Assembly (NCBI GenBank): GCA_026388115.1
Contig: JAPLKK010000033.1
Location: 2,470-66,469, forward strand
Length of the DNA stretch: 64,000 nt
From: Elusimicrobiota bacterium
GTDB taxonomy: Bacteria; Elusimicrobiota; Elusimicrobia; UBA1565; JACRDR01
Direction of reading: 5' to 3'
Position numbers and translations under genes: made by a program
Shown: positions 39,052-50,800 of the stretch, piece by piece
Layout: each line of letters starts with the position of its first letter
Numbering within the stretch: position 1 is the stretch's first letter
Notes under the pieces: model-generated
What the model saw: only the letters and a program-made list of their open reading frames with translations
Told to the model about the DNA's origin: nothing
Databases searched by the model: none

Positions 39052-41837
39052 CGAATGATCGCGAGCACGCGAGTGGCGCCCACTTGGCCTTGGCTCGTCA
39101 TGACCGCGATGTAACCTCCCGTCGCCACGTCGCGCCCGTCCTCATTGCGGGCGTCCCACTGCAGCCTGCCGCCGGCCTCGCTCGTCATCCGCTTGACGCG
39201 CCGCCCGCTCACCGTGTAGATGGTGACGACGGCTCCCGGAGGCAGCTTATTGAAAACGATGCCGGAGTCCGGGTCCGAGGGGCTGAAGGGGCGCCCCTCG
39301 TCCGGGTTGCCGCCGTTCGGCTTGAACGGCACTGGGTAGATCTGGACCTCGTTCAGGGCGGCGTGGGCGGGCGCCGCGAAGAGGCCGAAGAGGCTGAAGT
39401 GCGGCGTGTTGCCCGTGACCCGATGGTTCACCGCGTCCACGGTCGACAAGAAATCCTTGCGCCATTGCTCGGCGACCGGGTCATAGGCCCACATCTGCAG
39501 GTCCGCGGCGCGCAGACCCGTGCCGTCTACGATGCCGTCGTTGTCGGCGTCCGGGTATGAGATCGAGACCGCCGCGGTCATGCCGTTGACGAGCGCGCTC
39601 TGCCCGTTGTCGAGCGTGATCTCGACGTAATCGTTCGCAGGCAAAGGGTCAGCGTTGAGGACGCGCGCCAGAGCGCGCACGGCCGCCGCGGTGAACGCCG
39701 GCGCGTCGAGCGGGTTATTGACCACGGTGATCGTGACCGTCGAGGAAGCGAGCGCCCCGGCGGGGATCGCCACCGAGGAGAGCTGGCCCGAGCCCGCGTC
39801 TCCCGACTGGACGGTGGTCGCGGCCCCGTTATTGACCTTCTGCTGCGTCTGGACGCTGCCGCCCCCGAGGTCCGTCTCTTGGATGTCGGGCTGGGCCGGG
39901 TCCACGCCGACCGTGATAGCCGGCGGGGTCGCGTCGGCCCGGCCCGAGAAATCCGTGGCGAGGGCGCGAAGGTCATAGGAGCCTGGGGCGAGCAGGTTCG
40001 CGTTCCAATGCACGTACCATGGGGGCGCCGAGGCCGGGTTAGGATGGTTGAACTCGGCGGCGGCCAGCGCGGCCCAGACCGCGGCCGAGGACGGCTTGTA
40101 CTGGAACAGGACCTGGCGGGTCTGCGCGACGTCCCCTAGGACGATCTGGGCCTGGACGGTGATGCGGTTGCCGATGATCTTCTTCCCCGCCTCTGGCGTC
40201 GCGATCGCGGCGCGCACGCCGTCCAAGCTGTTGAGCGCGGCCGCGGCGGCCGACACGCCGGCGTCCTGCTCCTCGACGCCGCAACGATTGACGGCCCGCA
40301 GGCTGAAGCGGTAGGCGGGGCTGGAGACCAGGACGTCGGTGAGGTAGCCCGTCGCCGACGCCGGAAGCTCGGCAAGCGGTTGCACGTAATCGACCTGGCC
40401 GGTCCCCGCGTCGTAATAGAGCTTGTAGCCCGTGACGCCCTCGGAGGGCGATGGAGACCACTGCAGACGGATCCGATCGCTCGCCAGCGACATGGCGGAG
40501 AGCCGGCCCGCCGGAAGCGGCGCCTGGGCCTGCGTGACCAATTGGACCGGCGGGGAATAGTCGCTGGCGAGGCCGTCGCCGTTGATCGCGCGGATCTTCG
40601 CGAAGGCCGGCAGGCAGGCAAGCAGGTAGTAGTCCGTGGCCGAGGTACCGATGCCTTGGAAGACGCGGTTGAACGTCGCGCCGTCGGTGGAGACTAAGAG
40701 CTCGACCGGCGTTCCGGGTGGATCGGAGCCCATCGACCAGGCGAACGCCGCGCTGGTGATCTCGACATCGGCGACGGCCAGCGCCGGAGGGTCCGCCAAG
40801 GTGTAGGCCTGCGCCGGCGCCGAGCGGAGGCCCTCCCCCGTCGCGTTCACGGCGGAGACCACGAGGCGCTGCAAAGTGTTCGGCGCCAGGCCCCCTGACA
40901 CGAACGGCAGAGCGTCCGCGACCCCCGCGGATACCGTCGGATTGGAAGCGTAATAGAGCCGGTACTGCGATGCCCCGGCGACCGCGGTCCATGTCCACAG
41001 CAGGGCGGAGTCGCCGATCGCCGAGACGGACAGGCCCATGGGCGCGGGCGGGCCCGGATCCGCCGCCGTCGCCGCCGCGCCGGCGTACGCCGTGCCGATC
41101 CCGTCGCCGTTGACCGCCCGCACGCGGTAGGAATAGGCGGTCGAGGGCGACAGCCCGGCGTCAACGGCAGCAAGACCGGCGCCGGCCCATCTCTTGACGA
41201 AGCTCGCGCCGGCAGAGCGCTCCAGCTCGAAGATCGTCCCGTCGGGATCGTCGTTGCCCGACCACGCCAAGCTCGCGGAGACCGACGAGACCGCCGTGAC
41301 GGACAATGACGACGGCGCGCCGGCGAGCGTATAGCGCGAGGCGGAGCCCGAGTTCGCCAAACCGCCCGCGTTGAACGCCTGGACATGGTACGCCCCGTAG
41401 GGGAGATTGGCCTGCAGGCCTGACTGCACCCAAGTCGTCGCGGCAGCCGCCAGGTCCCCAGAGAGGTTGGAGGTGCCCGACATCACGCGGTAGCCTGCCG
41501 CGTCCGGCGCATGCGGTGTCCAGGACCATTCGATGGAGGCGCCATCGAGCGCGCGGGCGCCGAAGGCCGACGCGGGAACGGGCGCGCTCAGGTCGTTGGT
41601 GCGCGCGGCAAGCTCGGGAGTAAAGGCGCTCTTGAGCCCGGCGCCGTTGACGGCTCGGACCTGATAGAAGTAGCTCGTGCCGGGCGCGAGCCCCGTGTCG
41701 ATGAACGCGAAGGAGCTTTGCGAGGCGAGCGTCGAAGCGGGGCCGCCGGTGGAGCGCTGGAGCTCGTAGACCGTTTGAGCGGGATTGCCTCCCGCCGCCC
41801 AGGCGAGAGCCACGCTCGTGGGCGACTGGGCCGTCAC
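39048..41837 (-). CDS. C-terminal portion of giant surface protein: Fn3-like tandem domains plus T9SS-type C-terminal sorting domain
   Basis: It continues the same alternating Fn3 module architecture as the upstream 3531-aa ORF. The terminal ~70 aa, AVVTIYTVSGRRVKRMTSEAGGRLQWDARNEDGRDVATGGYIAVMTSQGQVGATRVLAII, match the Por secretion-tail / FlgD-Ig-like CTD. It starts in a +1 frame relative to the upstream ORF's TGA. Confidence 0.8.
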   Translation of the reverse strand: MTAQSPTSVALAWAAGGNPAQTVYELQRSTGGPASTLASQSSFAFIDTGLAPGTSYFYQVRAVNGAGLKSAFTPELAARTNDLSAPVPASAFGARALDGASIEWSWTPHAPDAAGYRVMSGTSNLSGDLAAAATTWVQSGLQANLPYGAYHVQAFNAGGLANSGSASRYTLAGAPSSLSVTAVSSVSASLAWSGNDDPDGTIFELERSAGASFVKRWAGAGLAAVDAGLSPSTAYSYRVRAVNGDGIGTAYAGAAATAADPGPPAPMGLSVSAIGDSALLWTWTAVAGASQYRLYYASNPTVSAGVADALPFVSGGLAPNTLQRLVVSAVNATGEGLRSAPAQAYTLADPPALAVADVEITSAAFAWSMGSDPPGTPVELLVSTDGATFNRVFQGIGTSATDYYLLACLPAFAKIRAINGDGLASDYSPPVQLVTQAQAPLPAGRLSAMSLASDRIRLQWSPSPSEGVTGYKLYYDAGTGQVDYVQPLAELPASATGYLTDVLVSSPAYRFSLRAVNRCGVEEQDAGVSAAAAALNSLDGVRAAIATPEAGKKIIGNRITVQAQIVLGDVAQTRQVLFQYKPSSAAVWAALAAAEFNHPNPASAPPWYVHWNANLLAPGSYDLRALATDFSGRADATPPAITVGVDPAQPDIQETDLGGGSVQTQQKVNNGAATTVQSGDAGSGQLSSVAIPAGALASSTVTITVVNNPLDAPAFTAAAVRALARVLNADPLPANDYVEITLDNGQSALVNGMTAAVSISYPDADNDGIVDGTGLRAADLQMWAYDPVAEQWRKDFLSTVDAVNHRVTGNTPHFSLFGLFAAPAHAALNEVQIYPVPFKPNGGNPDEGRPFSPSDPDSGIVFNKLPPGAVVTIYTVSGRRVKRMTSEAGGRLQWDARNEDGRDVATGGYIAVMTSQGQVGATRVLAIIR

Positions 41838-44800
41838 CGCGGCGCCGCGGGCGGGCCGGGCGACGACGTCATCGTCATCCCCGAGCGGACGAAGGCCGTC
41901 GGCACCCCGTCGCCGTTGAGCGCGCGGACCTGGTAGGAGTAGGCGACGAGAGGCGAAAGCCCCGTGTCCAGGTACGTCGTCGAGCGCACATTGGCCACGA
42001 ACAGGAAGACGCCGCCGGTCGAGCGGTCCACCTCATAGAGCGTGCCCGCTGGGTTCGAATTGGCCGACCATCTCAAGCTCGCCGTCGTCGACGCCGCCGA
42101 CACGACCAAGCCCGCCGGCGCCACGGCCAAGGTGTAAGCCGATACGGGAGGCAAGGAGACGGACGCGCCCCCGTGGTTGAAAACCTGCACGGTCATCGGG
42201 CCGTACTGCGTATTCGTGGACAAGCCCGTCTGCAGCCATACGACGGTGAACGGCGGCAGATCGCCGGAAAGGTTCACGCCCGCGCTGAGGACCCGGTAGC
42301 CGGTCTCGTTCATCGAGTTGCCGGTCCAAGTCCAGCGGATGGCGTTTCGGGCGACCGCCGCGCCCGAGACGTTGGTCGGCGCGGGCGGAGCGTCCGCCGA
42401 GGGAGTGACGACGGCCGCCGCCGGGGTGTAGGCGCTGAGCACGCCGTCCGCGTTGACGGCGGCCAGGCGGTAGTAGAAGGTCGTCGCGGGACTTAAGTAT
42501 CCATCGGTCGCCGCGGTGTCCAGCGTCGTGATCCAAGGCGAGAAATTCGCGGTCGCCCCCGTCGTCGACCTCTCAAGCCGGTAAGGCGTGCCGGATGGAT
42601 TGCCCGCGGCCGACCAGGAGAACGTCGCCGAGGTCGAAGAGATGCGGACTGCGGCGAAGCCGGCCGGCGAGGCGGCAAGGGTAGCGCGCGAGGCCAGGCC
42701 AGAATCGGCCGTGCCCCCCGAATTGAAAGCCTCGACGAGGCAAGGGCCGTAGATTCGGTTGGGCGACAGGCCCGTCTGAGTCCAACTGTTCAGGCTCGGC
42801 GGGAGGTCCCCGGAGATATTCGCCGTTCCTGCCAGGACGCGATAGCCGGCGGCGACAGCCGAGTTGACCGTCCATCTCCATTGCACCGCGCTCGTGCCCA
42901 AGGCGACCCCCGCAAAACCGGTCGCCGCCGCCGGCGCGCTGGCATCCGCCGTGCGCGCGGACGTCACCGTTTGCTGAGAGGTGTCCGAGGACGGGCTGAT
43001 CGCGACTATCGAGAAGAGGTACGTCGTCGCGGGCAGCAGTCCGCCGAACGTCACCGTGGCCGTCGCGGTCGTCTGGCTCAGGAACGGGGAGCCTGCGGTG
43101 GACGCGGAGACTGTGTATCGCGTGCCTTGAGGGTTGCCGTTGGTGGACCAAGATAGCGTCACGGACGTGGTGCTCACCGCGAGGGGATAGAACATCGTGG
43201 GAGGGGCGGCCAGCGTGCACGCGGAGGCGGCCGAGCTTGAAGTGCTGACGCCGCTCCCGTTGAAGGCCTGCAGCAGGTAGGGGCCGTAGCACGTGGCCGT
43301 GGACAGCCCATCTTGCATCCACGAGGTGGCGTCCGGGAACAGGTTCCCCGAAAGATTCGTGGCGCCGGCCATCACGCGATAGCCGAGGGCGTTGGTCGCG
43401 CCGCTCGACCAACTCCACGCGATGCGGGTGGTGGCTACGCCCTTGCCGGCGAACCCCTTGGGCGCGACCGGAGGGCCTTGTGCCGCGGTGAGCGTGGAGG
43501 CCATGACGCCGAAATCCGTGAATAGGCCTTCGGCGTTCTTGGCCCGCACCTGATACCAGTACATCGTCGAAGGGTTCAGCCCCGTGTCCAAGAACGTCGC
43601 CGCCGTCGTCAGCGCGATGGAGACGAACGTCCCGCTCGTCGAGCGCTGCAGATCGAAAAGCGTCGTCACCGGATTCCCATTGGCCGACCAGCTCAAGCCG
43701 ACGGCGGACGAGGACGCCGCGACCGCGGCCAAGCCGGAAGGCGCGGCCGCGAGGGTGTAGCGGGAGGCGGGGGCGGAAGTGGCGTTGGTCGCCCCGTTGA
43801 AGGCCGTCACCCAATACGGACCGTAGAGAGTGTTGGGCGTGAGGCCCGTCTGAAGGAAGGTGGTGGTGTTGCCCGCGAGGTCGCCGGACACGTTGGCGTT
43901 CCCGGAGATGACGCGATAGCGCGTCCCGAGGACGGACTTGTCGTTCCAGGACCAGAATATGCTGCGCGTGGAGACGGGCGTGCCCGCGAAGATCGACGGC
44001 GGAGCGATGAGCGGCGGCAGCGCGACCGGGCCCGCCAGCGCGCTGTCGATGGAGTCCCGATTCCTGCCCGCGACCTTGAAATAGTAAGTGGACAACGGAG
44101 CGAGGCTCGTGTCGGTGAAACTCGTCGCCCCCGTCGTCAAGAGGGAGCGCCAAGCGTAGCTCACGCCGTCGGTGGATCGAAAGATGTCCCAAGTCGTGCC
44201 CGCGGGGTTGCCGTTCGCCGACCAGCTCAACGTCGCGCTGCTCGGCCCGACCGGAGATATCGCCAGACTCGTTGGCGGCGCCGCCGATGTGGCCCCCGGA
44301 AATTGGTAAGAATCCGCCGTACCAGTCGAATTGAAAGTGCGGAGGAAGCGGTAGTAGGTGGTGTTCGTCGATAGGCCCACCTCCAGCCAACTCGTGGCGC
44401 TTGCCGGAAGATCCCCGGAAAGGTTGACCGTGCCGGACATGACGCGATAGCCCACGACGAGAGATGCGGGGGCGGGCCAGAACCAGAGCATCGAGCCGGT
44501 CCCCATGGCCCGACCGGAAAGCCACGACGCGATGGGCGGCCCGGCTGCCTGGATCGCGAACGGTCCGGCTGTCCGCACATTCCCGGCGCGGTCCCATGCC
44601 GTGAAGATCGCTTGATTGGTCGCCCCGCAAGGCGAGATTCCATTGCAGACCATGGAAGCGGCCGAGTTGGATAGGTTCAGCAGGGCCCCGGTCAGCGTTT
44701 GCGCCGCCGTCGTCCCGTCGGCACCGGACAAGGCGGATGCCAAAGGAGCGGCCCTTGCGATCCCACCATTAGTCCACGACCCGATGTACAGTTTCCCGTT

Positions 44801-47800
44801 GAAGGCCGCGAGGCTTACCAGACTACGCGGCGACCAAGGCCAGTTTACCACCAGCCAATTCACGCCGTCGGGCGTGGTGAATAGCGGCCCGTTTGAATTG
44901 GCCGCGTACAGTTTTCCGTTGAACGCGGACAGCGCCGTGATCGTCCCCTCTACGGTGGATCCCGCCGTCCAATTGAGCCCGTCGGCGGATGAGGCGATCT
45001 GGCCGTGGTAGTCGGTCCCGGCGTACAATCGTGCGCCGAATATCGCGAGGCTGTAGACATTCCCGTTCACCGCCGGGTGCGTCCAGCTCACGCCGTCAGC
45101 CGAAGCGTAAATCCCCCCGGAGCCTCCAGCATAAAGCTGTCCGTTGAATGAGATCAACGAGAGGATCGGAGGGCCGGGCGCAGGGTTTTGGTACCAGTTG
45201 ATGCCGTCGGGAGAACTGTACAGCGCCGAAGGTACCGCGCCCGTGCTCGCCGCGTAGAGCCTGCCGTTGAATGAAGCCAGAGCGGTGATGGAGGCGACGC
45301 CGTCCCCCGCCACCGCGTAGTTCCGCGTCCAGGCGCCACCTCCGCCCGTGCTGTATACGGCGGCGCCTGCGACGGTACCCGCATAGAGCCTTCCGTTGAA
45401 AGCCGCAAAACTCCTGACCGAGCGGCCGCTCGTGACGAATTCCGTCGACCAGGCGAGCCCATCCGAGGATGAGTAGACGGCGCCGCTATTCGCGGAGCCC
45501 GCGAATATCTTTCCGTTGTAGGAAGCCAGGCTCTGCACCCCGGAATTCCAATAGGGCCAGTCCATGTTGGCGAAGTCCTGCCACGCGCTTCCAGCCGACG
45601 ACGAGCACATCACCCCGAAGCCCTGCACGAAGCCCGGGGTGTCGTGCCCGTCTCCAACGAGCGCGAGCGCGTTCGCCGAGACCGCCAGGCCGCTGACCGC
45701 GTCCTGGACGCCGATCTGCACCGTCACGGTCGAGCGCAGGTCGTTCACCTGCGATTCGCTCACGGCCGCGCCGCTCGAATTGAGGCTCGCGAAAGCCCCG
45801 GCCTGGGCGGGAGGCGTGAAGTCGGTCACGAAGCTGAACGTCGGCGACCACGGCCCGACGCTGTCGCCGCTCAGCGCCACCCGCCAGTAGTACGTGGCGG
45901 CCTCAGTGAGAGTGAAAGTAGAGAGATAGGCCGCGTCCGCCGTCGGCAGGCCGGTACTCGCCACGACTGCCGGCGTCGAGATGCCGATGACGATGCTTGC
46001 CGGCGAAAAGCCGGGGTCGTTGTTCGACACTTGAAGGAGATAGGACGCGCCGGAGGACATGCCGGCCACGACCGCCGTGCTGGCGCCGATCCAATCGAAG
46101 TTGGGCTGGAGGTTCACGTAGGCGCCGTTGGCCGGGTAGGTCGGCAGGAGGCTCACCGGCGTGAGCGCGAGGGATACGGGGCCCGCGAAATCGGTCGCGA
46201 TCCCCTCGCCATTCTTGGCCCGGACCCAGTACGTGTAGGTGATGCCGGGCAGCAGAGCGTCGGTGAACGTAGGCGCCGCGCTCGATTGGAAGACGGCGGC
46301 CAGGGTCGTGCCGGTCGAGCGTTCAAGGTCCCATATGGTATTGGGCGGATTCCCGTTGGGCGACCAGGAGAGCGTCGCGCCGCCGGCGCCGAGGGGCGAG
46401 ATCGAGAACTGGGCGGGCGCCGCCGCCAAGGTGAAGCCCGAATTGGAAGACGAGTCCGCTGTGCCGGATGAATTGAAGGCGCGCGCGAAATAGGGACCGT
46501 AGCGGGTGTTGATCGACAGTCCCGTCTGCAGCCAGCTCGTCGTCCCCGCCGGAAGGTCGCCGGAGATGCTCGTCGATCCGGACATGACCCGTAGACCGGC
46601 CGCGTTCGGCACGCTGTTGACCCAGCTCCAGCGGATCGCATCCGGGCCGGCGGCGGCATGCGCGAACAAGCCCGGGGCCGTCGGCGCCGCGAGGTTCCAG
46701 CCCGAGACGTTGACGGGAACCGGACCGGCGAAGGCGGTGAAATAGCCGTCGCCGTTCTTGGCCCGGACCTTGTAGTAATAGGTCGCCGAGAGCGTCAGGC
46801 CGCCGTCGGCGACACTCGCCGCGACGCTGGATTGAAAGACCGGCGCGTATAGCACGCCGTCGGTCGAGCGTTCCAAGTCCCAGAACGTCCCGCTCGGATT
46901 CCCGTTCGCGTCCCAGCTCACGGTCGCACTGCTCGGGCCCACGGCGGTCGCCGCGAGATTCGCGGGGACCGCCGCCAAAGTGAAGGCCGAAGCGGACCAC
47001 GAGTCGGCGGCGCCGGTGGAATTGAAGATGCGCACGAAGTACGGTCCGTACCTCGTGTTCGTCGCGAGGCCGAGCTCCAACCACACCGTCGTGCCCGGCG
47101 GCAGGTCGCCCGAGATGTTCGTCGTCCCGGACATGACGCGAAATCCGGAGATCATCGTAGCGGTGCTGACCCACGACCATTGGATCGCATCCACGCCCAC
47201 GGCGCTGTGCATGTAGTTTGCCGCAGCCGGCGGCGGCGAGGACACCACGATCGCGTAAGGTCCGGCCGCGAGCACGTTCCCCGCGAGATCGGAGACGGTG
47301 AAGATCACTTGGTTGGTGGCCGCGCAAGGCGAGGCTCCGCCGCAGGTCACCGTATTGGATGAATTGTTAAGCGCGAGACCGAAGACGCTCAGCGTCTGCG
47401 CCGCCGTCGTGCCGTCCGCGCCGCCGAGGTTGGGGAAGAGCGGATTCTTTAGGATGATCCTGCCGTCATTGGTCCCGGCGTAGAAATTGCCGGAAAACCC
47501 CGCCAAGCTCGCGATCCCGCCTGCCGCGGCGGTGCTGAAGACGAGCATCCACCGCGCTCCATCAGGCGAGGCATAGATCGCGCCGTCGGGTCCCGCGCCG
47601 GCATAGAGCTTGCCGTTGAAGACGGCGAGGCTCCGGATCGCGGTCTCTCCGGTGCCGGTCAGGACCGCGGCCCAATCGGAGCCGTTGGCCGAAGCGTAAA
47701 CCGCGCCCGCCGGCTCGGTCCCCGCGTAGAACTTGCCGTTGAAGGCGGCCAGGGTCCGGATAGCCGTCGCCCCCGGCAACGATGCCTGGCTCCAGTTCAC

Positions 47801-50800
47801 GCCGTCGACGGAGGCGAACAGGATGCCGGCGCCTCCCGCGAAGAGCCTGCCGTTGAACGCGCCGAGCGTCCCGATGGAAGGACCCGGAGCGGGCACCCGG
47901 CTCCAACCGGCGCCGTCGGACGACGCATACAGCATCGACGCGGCGCTGTTCGAGGCGTATATCCTCCCGCCGAACACCGTCAGGCTCGCGATGCCCTGAG
48001 GCCCCGCCTGCGCCGGCGCGGTGTAAGCCGCCGACCAGGTGGTCCCGTTGAACGATGAGAATATCTTCCCGGCCCCATAGGTGCCGAAGAAGAGCTTCCC
48101 ATTGAATACGGCGAAGCTTTGGATCTGCGTCTCGCCGGCGCCGCCCGGGAACGTGCTGCTGAAGACAAGATTCCAGGTGACGCCGTTCGCCGAGGCATAC
48201 AATCCCGCGTTGTTCGCGGTCGCGGCGTACAATCTCCCGTTGAAGGAGGCAAGAGCCGGCACCGATACGGCCGCGGTGCTGGAAAAGGTGGGCGTCATGT
48301 AGTAGGAATCGACCCAACTCTTGCCTGCGTCGGTCGAATAGAGGACGCCGCAGCCCCCGCTCGAACCCGGGCCGTCATGCCCGTCCCCCGCGAATGCAAG
48401 GCGGCCTTGGGTGACCGCAAGACCGGTGCCGGCGTCTTGGACGCCGAGCCGGGCCGCTCCCCCGAACCCCGGATTGATCTGCGCCTCGCCGACCAGCGTG
48501 GAGGTCCCGCTGAGACTGGCGAAGGCCGCGGACTGAACGGGCGGCGTGAAGTCCGCGTAGAACTTGGACGCCTGCGACCATGCCCCGAATGCGCCGTTGT
48601 TCGCGGCGACGCGCCAATAGTAGGTGGTGTTGTCGGTGAGGGTGAAGGTGGAGAGGTACGCCGCGTCCGCCGTCCGCACGCTCGTGCTCGTCAAGACGGC
48701 CGGAGTGGATATGCTGATCACGATATTGGACGGCGTGAAAGCCGGGTCGTTGTTGGAGACCTGGAGATAGTACGCCGACCCCGCGGGCAGAGCGGCGGCC
48801 GAGGTGGTGCTGAGCCCGATCCAATCGAAGTTGGGCTGGATGTTGACATACGATCCATCGACTGGAAACGTCGGGACGGCGGTGGAGAGCGCCGGAAGGG
48901 TGATGACCGTGGCCGTGGCCGCGAACGCGGTGAAGAAGCCGTCGCCGTTCTTGGCGCGCACTTGGTAGAAATAGGTCGATGCGGGCAGCAGGCCGTAGTC
49001 CGTATAGCTCGCCGCCGCGCTCGACTGGAAGATGCTGTTGACGTTGATGCCGTCGCTCGAACGCTCAAGGTCCCATACGGTGCCCGCCGGGTCGCCGTTC
49101 GCCGACCAGCTCAACGTCGCGCTGCTCGCTCCGGCGACGCTGCCGGCGAAGCCGGCGGGCACCGCCGCCAGCGTATAGCCGGAAACGGAAGCCGAATCCG
49201 CCGTCCCGCTCGAGGTGAAGACTCGGACGACATAGGGACCGTAGCGCGTGTTCGTCGAAAGGCCGGTCTGCAGCCAGCCGGTCGCGTCGGGCGGCAGGTC
49301 TCCCGACACGTTCGCGCTCGCGGCCATCACGCGATAGCCGGACGGGTTCGGCGAGGCGCCGGTCCAAGACCATTGGATCGAATCGACGCCCGTCGCGCGA
49401 CGGGCAAAGCTCAGGGGCGCGCTCGGCATCGATGAAATGAGGACGGCGAACGGACCGGCCGTGAGCACGTTGCCCCCCAGGTCCGAGGCCGTGAAGAGCA
49501 CCTGGTTGGTCGCGCCGCACGGCGAGACCCCGCCGCAAACGACCGAATTCGACGAGTTCACCAAGCTGAGGTTGAAGGCGCTGAGCGTCTGCGCTCCGGT
49601 CGCACCGTTCGTTCCCGTGAGCCCGGCCTGGACCGGCGTGAACTGGTATATCTTTCCGCCGTCGGTCCCGGCATACAGCTTTCCGTTCAATGCCGCCAAG
49701 CCCTCGACTCCGCCTGCCGCGGCGCTGCTGAATACGGGCATCCATGTCGCCCCGTCCGGCGAGGCATAGATCCCCCCCATGTATGTCCCGGCATACAGCT
49801 TCCCATTGAAGACAGCAAGGCTCCGGATGGAAGCTCCGCCGGTGCCGGTCAGCGCCGGAGTCCAATCGACGCCGTTCGCGGAGCCGTAGACCGCACCGCT
49901 GGGCTCCGTTCCGGCGAACAACCTGCCGTTGTACGAGGCGAGACTCCGGATCGCGGTCGTTCCCGGTATCGAGGTCTGCCCCCAGTTGACGCCGTCGGCC
50001 GAGACGAAAAGCACGCCGTTGGCGCCCGCATAGAGCCTGCCGTTGAACACCCCGAGCGTGTTGACCGACGGACCCGGAGAGCCCACCGGGCTCCAGCTCG
50101 CCCCGTCACCCGAGACATAGATCACCGAGGTCACGCTGTTCACCGCGAACAGCTTCCCGTTGAACACGACCATGCTCTCGATGCCCTGCGCCCCGGCCTG
50201 GACCGGCGAAGTGAAGACAGCCGTCCAAGTGCTTCCGTCGGGCGAGGAGAAGATCTTTCCCTTTCCGTAGGTGCCGAAGTACAGCTTTCCATTGAAGGGG
50301 GCGAAGGATTGGATCTGGGTCTCGCCGGCTCCGCCCGGGAACGTGCTGCTGAAGACCTGGGTCCAGCTGCCGCCGCTCGCCGAGACGTACAATCCCGCGT
50401 TGTTCGTGGTGCCGGCATAGGCCTTGTTGTTGAAGGCCGCAAGGGCCAACACGTGAGTCGTGCTGCTGCCGGCAAAGACGATGTTGGGGCTCGGCGAATC
50501 GATCCAAGTCCGGCCGGCATTGGTGGAATACAGGACGCCGAAGGGGCTGCTCCAGCTGGAATAGTCGTGCCCGTCCATGGTGGGCGGGCTCGGAAAGACC
50601 GCGAGGCCGGTGCCGGCGTCTTGAACGCCGATCTGCGCGGTCACGTTGGCCGCCAAGCTCTGGAGCTGAGCTTCGCCCGCCGGCGGATAGGTCGAGACGC
50701 GGGTGCCGAAACCCGCGGCCTGAGCCGGCGCGGTAAAATCGGTCTGGAATCTCGCGGGAAAGAAACCCATGCCGGTCTGGATCAACCACGGTCCGAGCAC

